Below are positions 40,067-50,043 of a DNA stretch of 64,000 nucleotides, in pieces. The stretch spans positions 17,503 through 81,502 of the forward strand of contig JBEIPA010000022.1 in NCBI GenBank assembly GCA_040377305.1. Reading direction: 5' to 3'. This stretch comes from Flavobacteriales bacterium. Lineage in GTDB: Bacteria > Bacteroidota > Bacteroidia > Palsa-965. The position numbers and the translations under genes are program-made. The first letter of the stretch is position 1. Each line of letters opens with the position of its first letter. The notes under the pieces were generated by a model. The model did no database searches. It saw only the letters and a program-made list of their open reading frames with translations, and was not told the origin of the DNA.

Positions 40067-41281
40067 ATGAATCTCCACGAATATCAAGGCAAAGAAATCC
40101 TCAAAGGATTTGGTGTTGCCATCCAGGAAGGAATTGTTGCCGACACTCCTGAAAAAGCAGTCGCAGCAGCTCAGGAATTGACGAAGACAACCGGCACCAG
40201 CTGGTGGGTCGTAAAGTCGCAGATACACGCAGGTGGTCGCGGTAAAGGAAAAATCGTAGGAACCGAACAGCGTGGTGTACAGCTGGCGAAAAGCCTCGAT
40301 GATGTGAAGAGCATCTCGAAGAATATCCTTGGCGGAACACTCGTAACGCTACAGACCGGAGAAAAAGGAAAAGTGGTAAACAAAGTCCTCATTGCGCAGG
40401 ACGTTTACTATCCGGGAGCTGAAGAGCATAAAGAATTTTACATGAGCGTTCTGCTCGATCGTGCAAAAGGCCGCAACGTAATTGTTTACTCTACCGAAGG
40501 CGGAATGAACATTGAAGAAGTGGCTGAACACACGCCGCACCTTATTCACCGCGAAGAAATTGATCCGAGAGTTGGATTGAGAGATTTCCAGGCACGTAAG
40601 ATTGCATTCAATCTCGGACTCGCAGGAGAATCTTTCAAGAGTATGATTTCTTTTGTGAAGTCGCTTTACAAAGCTTACGAGTCGATTGATGCGAGCCTAT
40701 TCGAAATCAATCCGCTTTTCAAGACTTCCGATGGCAAAATCATCGCGGTTGATGCAAAAGTTTCTGTTGACGGAAACGGATTGATTCGCCACAAGGACAT
40801 TGCAGAATTGCGCGACACTACGGAAGAAGATCCTACAGAAGTGGAAGCAGGTTCGCACGGACTTAACTATGTGAAGCTCGACGGAAACGTTGGCTGCATG
40901 GTAAACGGAGCAGGACTTGCAATGGCAACAATGGATATCATCAAGCTTTCGGGCGGTGAGCCGGCAAACTTCCTCGACGTAGGTGGTACGGCAAATGCAG
41001 CACGCGTAGAGCAGGCTTTCCGAATCATCCTTCGTGATGAAAAAGTGAAAGCTATTCTCGTGAACATCTTCGGCGGAATTGTTCGTTGCGATCGTGTTGC
41101 ACAAGGAATTGTAGACGCATACAAGAACATCGGCGACATCAAAGTTCCGATCATTGTTCGTCTGCAGGGTACCAACGCTGTTGAAGCGAAGAAGATCATT
41201 GTTGACTCAGGACTGAAAGTTTTCTCTGCGATTGAGTTGCAGGAAGCTGCTGATCTGGTGAAGAAAGTGGTTCAGGGATAG
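40067..41281 (+). CDS. sucC: Succinate--CoA ligase subunit beta
   Basis: MNLHEYQGK, KSQIHAGGRGK, GCMVNGAGLAMATMD, NIFGGIVRCD; true start at ATG 40067. Confidence 0.97.
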   Translation: MNLHEYQGKEILKGFGVAIQEGIVADTPEKAVAAAQELTKTTGTSWWVVKSQIHAGGRGKGKIVGTEQRGVQLAKSLDDVKSISKNILGGTLVTLQTGEKGKVVNKVLIAQDVYYPGAEEHKEFYMSVLLDRAKGRNVIVYSTEGGMNIEEVAEHTPHLIHREEIDPRVGLRDFQARKIAFNLGLAGESFKSMISFVKSLYKAYESIDASLFEINPLFKTSDGKIIAVDAKVSVDGNGLIRHKDIAELRDTTEEDPTEVEAGSHGLNYVKLDGNVGCMVNGAGLAMATMDIIKLSGGEPANFLDVGGTANAARVEQAFRIILRDEKVKAILVNIFGGIVRCDRVAQGIVDAYKNIGDIKVPIIVRLQGTNAVEAKKIIVDSGLKVFSAIELQEAADLVKKVVQG

Positions 41282-41308
41282 TCATACTTCGACTCCGCTC
41301 AGTATGAC
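41281..41308. repeat. REP-like hairpin after sucC
   Basis: GTCATACT-TCGACTCCGCTC-AGTATGAC. Confidence 0.6.
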
Positions 41309-41336
41309 AATTATCTGAGTAGAAATTCAAGAATTC

Positions 41337-41372
41337 AAAAAGGTCCGGGGTGAGAGCTTCGGACCTTTTTTG
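41337..41372 (+). terminator. sucC terminator
   Basis: AAAAAGGTCCGGGG...CTTCGGACCTTTTTT. Confidence 0.8.
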
Positions 41373-41442
41373 TTGAGATCAGTTTAACATTATGTTGATG
41401 AAATTACTTGACTTAGATTTCAATTTGAATTACCTTTCATAT

Positions 41443-42372
41443 ATGAAGAAGGCGATGTTTATTGTGGTTGTGTTATTAGCAGTGCAGGCGAGTGCTCAGA
41501 TGAATTTGGTGCCGAATCCGAGCTTTGAGGATACTGTAGCATGTCCTGTAGCGCCTGAAAATATTATTGATGCTACCTTCTATTATTCTGCATCGGGCTC
41601 TCCGGACTACTTCAATTCGTGTTGTTCGTACTATATGGGTGTCCCCAATAATTTTGCGGGAATTCAATTTGCAGCTCAAGGTAATGGCTATGTAGGACTT
41701 GCTACATATTCTGCTGTGTCGGCACCAGGTTATAGAGAAATTATTGGCGTTAGGCTTTCCCAGTCTTTGACGGTGGGTGTCAGGTATTATGTCTCTATGG
41801 TAGTTTCAAGAGCAGATACTGCTGGAAATAACTGCGCTACAAATAATTTAGGTTTTCGATTCTCTACGGTGGAACATAATGCTATAAATCTCAATCCTGT
41901 TCCCATTGACAATATGGCTCATGTTAATTACCCGGCGATCATATTCAATAATGTTACTTGGCATCAAATTACTGGAAGTTTCATGGCAGACTCCACCTAT
42001 GATTATCTGATGGTAGGTAATTTTTTTAATGATTTTAATACGGATACAGCACAGTGCGCTGACATTGGATATTATTTTGTTGATCTGTTATGTGTGTCTA
42101 CTGATTCATTAATGTGCGATGATCCTACTGGAGTTTCTGAACATCATAATATGCCATTTTCAGTTTTCCCGAATCCTGCAGACTCTTACATCGAAATAAT
42201 GAATATTAAAGAGATGACTCGTTATCAGCTGATAGACGTATTTGGTCAATCTATTGAATCTGGTCAGTTAACGCCAGGTGAGAATCAAATTAATACTACC
42301 AGACTTTCTACTGGGATGTATTTATTATTTATTGAAAATCAGATTCCGCTCCGAATTATAATTAGTCGTTAA
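41443..42372 (+). CDS. T9SS type A CTD secreted protein
   Basis: Signal peptide; NLVPNPSFED, SPDYFNSC; VFPNPA...GMYLL CTD; AT-rich codon usage. Confidence 0.85.
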   Translation: MKKAMFIVVVLLAVQASAQMNLVPNPSFEDTVACPVAPENIIDATFYYSASGSPDYFNSCCSYYMGVPNNFAGIQFAAQGNGYVGLATYSAVSAPGYREIIGVRLSQSLTVGVRYYVSMVVSRADTAGNNCATNNLGFRFSTVEHNAINLNPVPIDNMAHVNYPAIIFNNVTWHQITGSFMADSTYDYLMVGNFFNDFNTDTAQCADIGYYFVDLLCVSTDSLMCDDPTGVSEHHNMPFSVFPNPADSYIEIMNIKEMTRYQLIDVFGQSIESGQLTPGENQINTTRLSTGMYLLFIENQIPLRIIISR

Positions 42373-42388
42373 CCTAAAACAAACCCTC

Positions 42389-44602
42389 ATGAAAACAATC
42401 CCATGGATATTTACAACAATTTCACTCTGCGTGTTTAATTTATCGCTTTGGGCTCAATCAACTGTTACCGGTCCAGTGGTTGGTCACATTGGCGTTGCGG
42501 CCGCAGTTGATTGGTGCGGCTGGAATGCCGCGACACCTATCCCATTTAACCTCGAACACCGTGGCACACAAAACATCAATTTTCTCACTGGTGGTGTTCA
42601 GCGTATGACAATTCGGGGAACAGCCGCAGGGGCTACTACTGGTTTTGTGGGTATCGGAACCGGATTTGCAAACCCCCAATCGTTACTTCACCTTCATCAA
42701 CCTCTTGGGAATAACGTGTTTCTTAGGTTTTCAAATGCAGGAACTGGAGCAACGAACCTTGACGGTTTTGTGGTGGGAATGCTCAACGGGACGGTTAATG
42801 GTGACGCCGCACTTATTCAATATGAGCCGAACCCATTGCGACTTTTTCAGGCGGATATCAATATTGCTGCTCTCGCAGCACCGGAGAAAATGCAATTGAC
42901 TTATGGCGGACAGATGGGTGGCGGCACAGCAGATGGTTTGAGAATTTTTAATCCGGGTTATCCTAATTCATTTGCCAACTCGTCGATTAATTCCATTGAT
43001 ATCTTTTGCGGAATTAATAATAGTACCCACATCCGGTTAGATAACAGTGGGAATTTGGATACTGAGCAGAATCTTTTTAAGCAATCCGCTTGAATCAATG
43101 GATTCTGGTTTAATGCTGCGCCAACAGCGACACATTATGCCAATGGTATTCGGGCACGTTATGTTTTTAATATCGACAGCGTTGAAGTAATGCGAATTGG
43201 AAGTGCGATTGGAATGGGTGCTAATGTTCCACCAGGCCCGAACTCATGGAATGTGAATGAAGGGTTCGTTCGTATTGGCGAGCAGCCCAATACGGCGTTG
43301 CCAGTAAACGCAGGTAACCGGTTAGAAATCGATGCATTTCCAAATACTACGTTTGCAACGCCTAATGCGAGTTGTGCAGGAAGCACTGGATTTAGCGGGC
43401 TACGATTGACAGATCTAACTTCTGCGTCCGTTCCATGTGCGAATCCCCCGACGACAAACGTCTTGAGTGTTGATGGTAACGGGGATGTAATTTTAATTCC
43501 AAATGGCTCTTTAGGTTTTGGAGGTGCGTGCGCTAATGTTAACACGATGACTCAGGATTTTGAAATTCCTATGGGCAACTTTAATTACATTTTCTCAGGG
43601 CAGAGTACAAGCAACAAGTCTCGAGTAGGGATTGGGCTTGCAGGAGGTAATTGTCAACCTGCCGCAAAGCTCGAAGTATTGATGAGCGCACCCCAGTCAA
43701 CTACAATTGCAATTTTAACAACGAATACTAATACTGATGGAATTGCAATTAAGGCGATCAGCAACGGGACTGCATCAGCCCAGAACACCAAGGTGGCAGG
43801 ATGGTTTGAATCTTCTGCAGGTGCAGGTTTACAACAGACAGCAATTTTTGTGCCTCAAGGTGGTGGTGCTGTTCAAATTGGATTTACCTATCCTACAGGA
43901 AGTGCTTACCTAATGGATGTGAATGGTTCTCTCAATGCGCTTGTCTATGGTCCTTCTGATGGGCGCTTCAAGGAGAACGTGGTAAATCTCACCAATGGAA
44001 GTGACTACATCAGTCGACTGCGTCCAGTTAGTTATGACTGGATTGACTCTTTAGTGACGGATTCTATGATGGAAGGCACTCAATATGGCTTTATTGCTCA
44101 GGAAGTTGACACCGTACTACCAGCAGTAGTGCGAACAAACGTCAATGGAAGAATGTCGATCGCTTATGATCAGATAATACCGGTATTAGTTCTTGCCTGG
44201 CAGGAAGAACATAGAAGAAATGATAGTTTAGCTTTACAGCTAGACTCACTAATAAATGTTGTGTCTGGTTGTTGCAGTAGTAATGCGCGTCAGTCAAATC
44301 CCGCGGAAAGTCAACAAGACGTAACGCTCACGAATTCCCATTCAATCGTCCTTCAGCAAAACGTTCCAAATCCATTCGCAGAACAAACAACCATTTCGTT
44401 CTTGCTTCCGGAATCAGTTGTAAAAGCACAAATGTTGTTCTACGATGCGCAAGGCAAGCTCATCAAAGCTGTTGATTTGGAAGGTCGCGGTGCTGGACAA
44501 CTGAATGTATTTGCAGATGATCTCAGCAACGGAGTTTATTCGTATGCGTTGGTTGCAGATGGGCAAGTGATTGACACGAAGCAGATGGTGAAAACGAAAT
44601 AG
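42389..44602 (+). pseudogene. T9SS tail-fibre-like protein with peptidase S74 chaperone domain, interrupted by one in-frame TGA (43091-43093)
   Basis: ORFs 42389-43093 and 43190-44602 share a frame (offset 801) with no other stop between them. Signal peptide lies in the first part; SDGRFK/GFIAQEV S74 motifs and QNVPNPF CTD lie in the second. Confidence 0.8.
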
Positions 44603-44749
44603 ATCATTCGAAAAATTGAAGATTCGAATTCGAAGGACCTTGGGAGATCAAACTTTCAAGGTCTTTTCATTTTATTTAATAATCTTTGATTCGTAAACGA
44701 TTTTCGATTGAGAACATTGCAATCGAAAATTGAAAACCGTAATTCATAC

Positions 44750-45397
44750 ATGCTCAACCGCCTCAAACCTGTAACTCTTTCAAAGCTCAAATCTGCTTCC
44801 CACGAACAGAAAGTAAGGAAGGGTGACATGCTTTTTCCTGAAGGAAAGAATCCGCAGAACGTTTACTTCGTAATAAACGGTAAACTGAAACTGTACACCA
44901 CTGATCACCAGGGACGTGAGCAGATTGTCCATCTTGCATCGGACGGCGATATTATGGGCTACCGTGCCGTTCTGGGTGGCGATTCGTTTTCCTGCAGTTG
45001 TTCCGCACTGGAAGATTCTATCGTGCTCAGCGTTCCGAAAGAAACCTTTCTGAATGTCCTCGATATTGATCCTGAGTTTTCATTCGCTGTAATTCGCTTG
45101 CTCACACAAGAGCTTCGCGATGCAGAACATCATCTCGCCGGACTTGCCCGTAAAACTGTGCGTTCACGAATGGCAGAAGTGCTACTGATTCTCGCCGACA
45201 AGTTTGGTTACCAACCCGATGGGAAATCACTTTCCGTTTCGTTGACCCGCGAAGAAATTGCCGGACTTGTAGGAACTGCCACTGAAACAGCCATTCGTAT
45301 TCTACACAGTTTGCAGGACGAAGGTTTGCTAGAAACCAATGCCAAGAAAATCACTTTACTTAAGAAAGACGAGCTGCGAATAATTGCTGGAGCGTAA
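44750..45397 (+). CDS. Crp/Fnr family transcriptional regulator
   Basis: cNMP-binding barrel (GREQIV...GDIMG) and HTH LTREEIAGLVGTATETAIR. Confidence 0.92.
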   Translation: MLNRLKPVTLSKLKSASHEQKVRKGDMLFPEGKNPQNVYFVINGKLKLYTTDHQGREQIVHLASDGDIMGYRAVLGGDSFSCSCSALEDSIVLSVPKETFLNVLDIDPEFSFAVIRLLTQELRDAEHHLAGLARKTVRSRMAEVLLILADKFGYQPDGKSLSVSLTREEIAGLVGTATETAIRILHSLQDEGLLETNAKKITLLKKDELRIIAGA

Positions 45398-45511
45398 TTG
45401 TCTGATCAATTTTATAATTGGCCGGACAAAACCAGTCAATCTTCCACTAATCGTGAAACTATTCGATTAGTTGTACTGACATTCGATACAACAGCAGTTA
45501 TTTTTGTAAGG

Positions 45512-47410
45512 ATGAACAAATTATACACTGCTTTCATTGTATTCATGTTCTTCGCAACAACTCAGATGTTCGCGCAGCAACCTGTTAACGGGTATGCACG
45601 TGTGTCATCAATCGCAGGGAACACACTCACAGTAGTCAATTGCGCTGAAGCATTCGACTCGTTTGAGGATGGAGAATATGTGATCGTGATGCAAATGCAA
45701 GACAATATTCTTGGCAATACGACTACAACTTCCAGCAGTTTTGGTGATATGACTGCAACGCCGCTTTCAGCAGGATTGTATGAAGTAGCAATAATTTCAT
45801 CACACACGGAGAACGCAGGATTTGTGCCGCTTACAATTACACTTCAGTCGGCATTAGCACACACCTACAACACCGGAGCGAATTCCCGGGTACAGGTAAT
45901 TTCATATCCAGTTCTGGGATCACCGAATTACACGAGTCCGGCAGGAGGAATTGTTGCTACACCCTGGGATGGAAACAGAGGTGGCGTAGTTGCATTCTGG
46001 GTTCAGGGAACACTCACATTAGGTGGAAACATAACAGCCGATGCTGTTGGTTTTCGTGGCGGAGTAAAGAATACACCAAATGGATACTCAGCTTGCGAGG
46101 GTACTACCTACGCAACAACTACGGCTACTCGCTATGCGGGTAAAGGAGAAAGTATTTACCTGAACACAACAGCAGCTTACACTGGTGCGCGCGGGAAGAT
46201 TCTCAACGGCGGTGGTGGTGGTAACGATGTAAATGCAGGCGGCGGCGGCGGTGGTAATTATTCTTCCGGCGGTAATGGTGGAATCGGATGGACTCCTGCC
46301 GGAACCGGATGTTCACCCGGTGTTGGTGGCTTAGGCGGACTTACATTACAACCATACATTTCAGGTGCTCGCTTGTTCATGGGCGGTGGCGGCGGTGGCG
46401 GTCACGAGAATGATGGGGTGGGAAGCATTGGTGCAAATGGAGGAGGTATTATTCTGTTACGAGCAAATACAATTACCACAGTAGGTTCATGTGCGCTTAT
46501 TATCAGTGCGAATGGAGGAACTCCGGCGAATGCATCGAACGATGGCAGCGGTGGAGCTGGTGCGGGTGGGACTGTTTTGTTGCAGGTTACAACTTATTCT
46601 ATTGCTGCAGGATGTCCGTTGACGATTAGTTCGAACGGAGGTAGCGGTGGAAGCAGTGTAACAACAGGTGCACACGGCGGCGGTGGTGGCGGCGGACAAG
46701 GTGCGGTTATTTTTTCCGGAGCACAGCCATCAACAAACGTTACTACACAAACGAACGCAGGTGCTGGTGGAAGCAGTTGCATCGGATGTACCGCAGCTCA
46801 AAATGGAGTAGGTGGAACAGGTCCCAACAACGCTGGAATTCTCACCGGAAATACGAACCCTTTGCCAATTGAATTCTTGCTGTTTACCGGACATCTCAAC
46901 GGCAACAATGTTGATCTCTTCTGGCAAACGGCAACTGAAATCGATAACGACTATTTCACTGTTGAACGCCGGGACGAGCTCGGAAACATGAGTGAGATCG
47001 GTCAAGTTGATGGAGCAGGTACGACAACGATATTACGTTCGTATAGTTTAACCGACTACGCTCCTCGTCAAGGTGTAAACTACTACCGTTTGCGTCAAAC
47101 CGATTTCAATGGAACATTTTCCTATTCGAACTGGATCAGCTTTGAGTTCAATTTCAGCGGACAGGTTGTTTCAGTATATCCGAATCCAACGCATGGAAAT
47201 TTTGCACTTGAACTTTTCGGGTATGAAAATCAGTTGGTGACAACAACCGTTACAGATGTAACCGGCAGAATCGTGAGTCAATCATCTCAGGTTATCGTAC
47301 AAGGCAATACGACTCAGCAAATTCTTCTCGAAGGTGAACCTGCCGGATTGTACTTCGTGAACATCTCGACCGGAGATCATTCGGAAGTGATTCGGATTAT
47401 CCGCTATTAG
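45512..47410 (+). CDS. Glycine-rich T9SS secreted protein
   Basis: Signal peptide from ATG 45512; poly-G tracts; PLPIEF...NYYRLRQTDFNG; VYPNPT CTD. Confidence 0.85.
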   Translation: MNKLYTAFIVFMFFATTQMFAQQPVNGYARVSSIAGNTLTVVNCAEAFDSFEDGEYVIVMQMQDNILGNTTTTSSSFGDMTATPLSAGLYEVAIISSHTENAGFVPLTITLQSALAHTYNTGANSRVQVISYPVLGSPNYTSPAGGIVATPWDGNRGGVVAFWVQGTLTLGGNITADAVGFRGGVKNTPNGYSACEGTTYATTTATRYAGKGESIYLNTTAAYTGARGKILNGGGGGNDVNAGGGGGGNYSSGGNGGIGWTPAGTGCSPGVGGLGGLTLQPYISGARLFMGGGGGGGHENDGVGSIGANGGGIILLRANTITTVGSCALIISANGGTPANASNDGSGGAGAGGTVLLQVTTYSIAAGCPLTISSNGGSGGSSVTTGAHGGGGGGGQGAVIFSGAQPSTNVTTQTNAGAGGSSCIGCTAAQNGVGGTGPNNAGILTGNTNPLPIEFLLFTGHLNGNNVDLFWQTATEIDNDYFTVERRDELGNMSEIGQVDGAGTTTILRSYSLTDYAPRQGVNYYRLRQTDFNGTFSYSNWISFEFNFSGQVVSVYPNPTHGNFALELFGYENQLVTTTVTDVTGRIVSQSSQVIVQGNTTQQILLEGEPAGLYFVNISTGDHSEVIRIIRY

Positions 47411-47476
47411 CAACTAATTCCCTGTTTTCCCGTCTCGTCAGTAATTCGGCGACTTTTAATCTATCCTATTCAACCT

Positions 47477-47511
47477 GTGGAACCTGCAACTGAGCACCTG
47501 GAACTGAGAAC
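47477..47511. repeat. Heptamer tandem array (x5) upstream of the bamD promoter
   Basis: gtggaac ctgcaac tgagcac ctggaac tgagaac; TATCTTTG at 47518-47525. Confidence 0.7.
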
Positions 47512-47539
47512 TTTTCGTATCTTTGCCCGCTTATTGAAT

Positions 47540-48364
47540 ATGTCAGGCAGAATATTTATCGCTTTTTCGTTGATTTTGACGCTTTTTGCTGGTTCGTGTA
47601 GCGAATTCAACAAGATTCAGAAGAGCACTGACATAAACGAAAAGTACAATAAGGCCAAAGAGTATTACGCGAAAGGTGAATATGTAAAAGCTCAGTTGTT
47701 ATTCGACGAGCTTTACGGACAGGTCCGCAATACTGAAAAAGGCGAAGACGTTCTTTTCTATCTGGCTTACTCGAATTACTACATGGGTGATCAGATTCTG
47801 GCGGGATATCAATTTGCGATATTCTACAGAACCTATCCGCTGAGTACACGCGCTGAAGAGTGTTTGTACATGAGCGCAAAATGTCACTATGAAATTGCGC
47901 CTTCGTACAGTCTCGATCAATATGATACGTACCTGGCCATTGAGCGCTTTCAGTATTTCGTGCAGATGTTTCCGAACAGTACGCGCGTGGGTGAGTGTAA
48001 CAAGCTCATTGACGAATTACACGTTCGATTGGATGAGAAGCAGTTTGAAGTTGCCAAGCTCTATCTGAACATTGGCGATTATAAAGCGGCAATTGCAGCA
48101 TTTGATTTGTTGCTGAAAGATTCGCCGACAACGAAGTTCCGTGAAGAGTCGATGTATTTACTGGTGAAAGCAAAATACTACCTGGCTCTGAACAGTATTG
48201 AAGAGAAACAAGAACAACGGATAAACGCAGCGCAAACACAGTACAACCTGTTTGCGAAGGAATATCCGGAGAGTGAATACGAAGAAGATGCGAAATCTTA
48301 CCAGGAGAAAATAAACAAGCTCCGCGAAGATTTCCAGAACAATAAAAAAAGTAAAACCAATTAA
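47540..48364 (+). CDS. bamD: Outer membrane protein assembly factor BamD
   Basis: Lipobox FAGSC, TPR-like helices, YSLDQYDT; precedes rpoZ-coaBC. Confidence 0.92.
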   Translation: MSGRIFIAFSLILTLFAGSCSEFNKIQKSTDINEKYNKAKEYYAKGEYVKAQLLFDELYGQVRNTEKGEDVLFYLAYSNYYMGDQILAGYQFAIFYRTYPLSTRAEECLYMSAKCHYEIAPSYSLDQYDTYLAIERFQYFVQMFPNSTRVGECNKLIDELHVRLDEKQFEVAKLYLNIGDYKAAIAAFDLLLKDSPTTKFREESMYLLVKAKYYLALNSIEEKQEQRINAAQTQYNLFAKEYPESEYEEDAKSYQEKINKLREDFQNNKKSKTN

Positions 48365-48375
48365 TAACTACCACA

Positions 48376-48705
48376 ATGGTTGATTTCAAAAAGTCGAATG
48401 CAGAAGTAACTACAGTTACACGCGATCTTCGCAAACTGGATGGTGCGACCGGCAACGTTTATGAATCAGTTGCAATCATCTCTAAGCGTGCAAACCAGAT
48501 CAGCGCTGAACTGAAAGAAGAACTTACAGGTAAACTGAATGAGTTCGCTTCTCACACAGACAATCTTGAAGAAGTATTCGAGAACCGGGAGCAGATTGAA
48601 ATCTCTAAGTTTTACGAGCGTCTTCCAAAGCCGGTAAACATTGCAATTCAGGAGTTCACTGAAGACAAAGTTTATCACCGCAATCCGTTGAAAGAGCAGG
48701 AGTAG
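48376..48705 (+). CDS. rpoZ: RNA polymerase omega subunit
   Basis: TGNVYESVAIISKRANQI...EEVFENREQIEISKFYERLPKP. Confidence 0.92.
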   Translation: MVDFKKSNAEVTTVTRDLRKLDGATGNVYESVAIISKRANQISAELKEELTGKLNEFASHTDNLEEVFENREQIEISKFYERLPKPVNIAIQEFTEDKVYHRNPLKEQE

Positions 48706-48831
48706 TTTCCTGGAAAAGATAAAGCTTAGACATGGTAGAATAAACACTGCCATGTCTTTGTTATTTATGGCGATCGAGATTGCCGCGCGCCGAAAAGGCG
48801 CTCGCAATGACGATCGCCAAATACAAAGAGC

Positions 48832-50043
48832 ATGTCAACGCTTCAAGGCAAAAAAGTCATCATCGGAATCACCGGCGGAATCGCAGCCTACAAGGTTCCG
48901 CTGCTCATCCGTCTGCTCATTAAAGCAGGAGCGGAAGTGCAAGTAATGATGACTCCATCTGCTCATGAGTTTGTAACACCGTTGACACTTTCTACACTTT
49001 CGAAGAAACCTGTTCTTTCAAAGTTTACCGAAGGAAACGAAGGAGTCTGGAACAATCACGTGGATCTTGGCTTGTGGGCCGATCTGATGGTGATTTGTCC
49101 GGCGACTGCGAATACGATTTCTGATCTCGTTCACGGCAAAAGCGAAAACATTCTTCAGGCGGTTTTTCTTTCTGCACGTTGTCCTGTTGCGGTTGCGCCT
49201 GCGATGGATCTCGATATGTACCAGCATCCTGCTACTAAAGCGAATCTGGATACATTGCGCGAACGTGGTACGCTCATCATTCCTCCGGGAACAGGCGAGC
49301 TAGCCAGCGGATTATCCGGAGAAGGTCGCATGGCTGAGCCGGAAGAAATATATGCGTTCATCGAGACAACTTTGGTGCATGCGAACCGTCTTTCAGGAAA
49401 GAAGATACTCATCACGGCCGGACCTACATACGAACCTATTGACGCAGTGCGTTTCATTGGCAATTTCTCTTCGGGAAAAATGGGAATTGCGATTGCAAAC
49501 GTTTTAGCGCGTCAAGGTGCCGAAGTTACACTCGTGTGTGGTCCTAGTAAGGAAAAGACTTCTGACGCGAATGTGAAGCGTATTGACGTTACCACCGCTG
49601 CGCAGATGTACGATGCATGTGTTAGCGCATTTCCTTCCTGCGATGCCGCAATTATGACGGCAGCCGTTGCCGATTTCCGTCCGAAGAATATTGCCGATAA
49701 GAAGATCAAGAAAGAAGACGGAGGAATGAGTCAGGTCGAGTTGGAAGAAACACAGGACATTCTCGCGTCATTAGGTAAGCTGAAGAAAGCTGGTCAGGTT
49801 CTTGCAGGATTTGCGTTGGAAACGGATAACGAATCTGCAAATGCAAAATCTAAACTCGAGCGTAAAAACCTCGATTTTATCGTGATGAATTCCTTGCGCG
49901 ATCAAGGTGCCGGATTCGGCACAGATACCAATAAGATTACCGTCTTTACGCGTGACGGAAAAACGCATAACTTTGATTTGAAACCGAAAAACGAGGTTGC
50001 GCAGGACATTGCTGATGTGCTGTTCACTTATCTACACAAATGA
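48832..50043 (+). CDS. coaBC: Phosphopantothenoylcysteine decarboxylase / phosphopantothenate--cysteine ligase
   Basis: GITGGIAAYK, PATAN, APAMD, ITAGPTYEPIDAVRFIGNFSSGKMG, GFALET. Confidence 0.97.
   Translation: MSTLQGKKVIIGITGGIAAYKVPLLIRLLIKAGAEVQVMMTPSAHEFVTPLTLSTLSKKPVLSKFTEGNEGVWNNHVDLGLWADLMVICPATANTISDLVHGKSENILQAVFLSARCPVAVAPAMDLDMYQHPATKANLDTLRERGTLIIPPGTGELASGLSGEGRMAEPEEIYAFIETTLVHANRLSGKKILITAGPTYEPIDAVRFIGNFSSGKMGIAIANVLARQGAEVTLVCGPSKEKTSDANVKRIDVTTAAQMYDACVSAFPSCDAAIMTAAVADFRPKNIADKKIKKEDGGMSQVELEETQDILASLGKLKKAGQVLAGFALETDNESANAKSKLERKNLDFIVMNSLRDQGAGFGTDTNKITVFTRDGKTHNFDLKPKNEVAQDIADVLFTYLHK

Noticed and set aside
43091-43150. Selenocysteine or genome-wide TGA recoding
   Set aside because: Not a redox motif context, only a weak downstream hairpin, and TGA terminates core genes here.
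42389-44602. Prophage tail gene
   Set aside because: It has a signal peptide and a T9SS CTD, and no other phage genes are nearby.
46200-46700. GGC/GGT runs as a simple-sequence contingency locus
   Set aside because: They encode in-frame poly-glycine with mixed codons, typical of glycine-rich secreted proteins.
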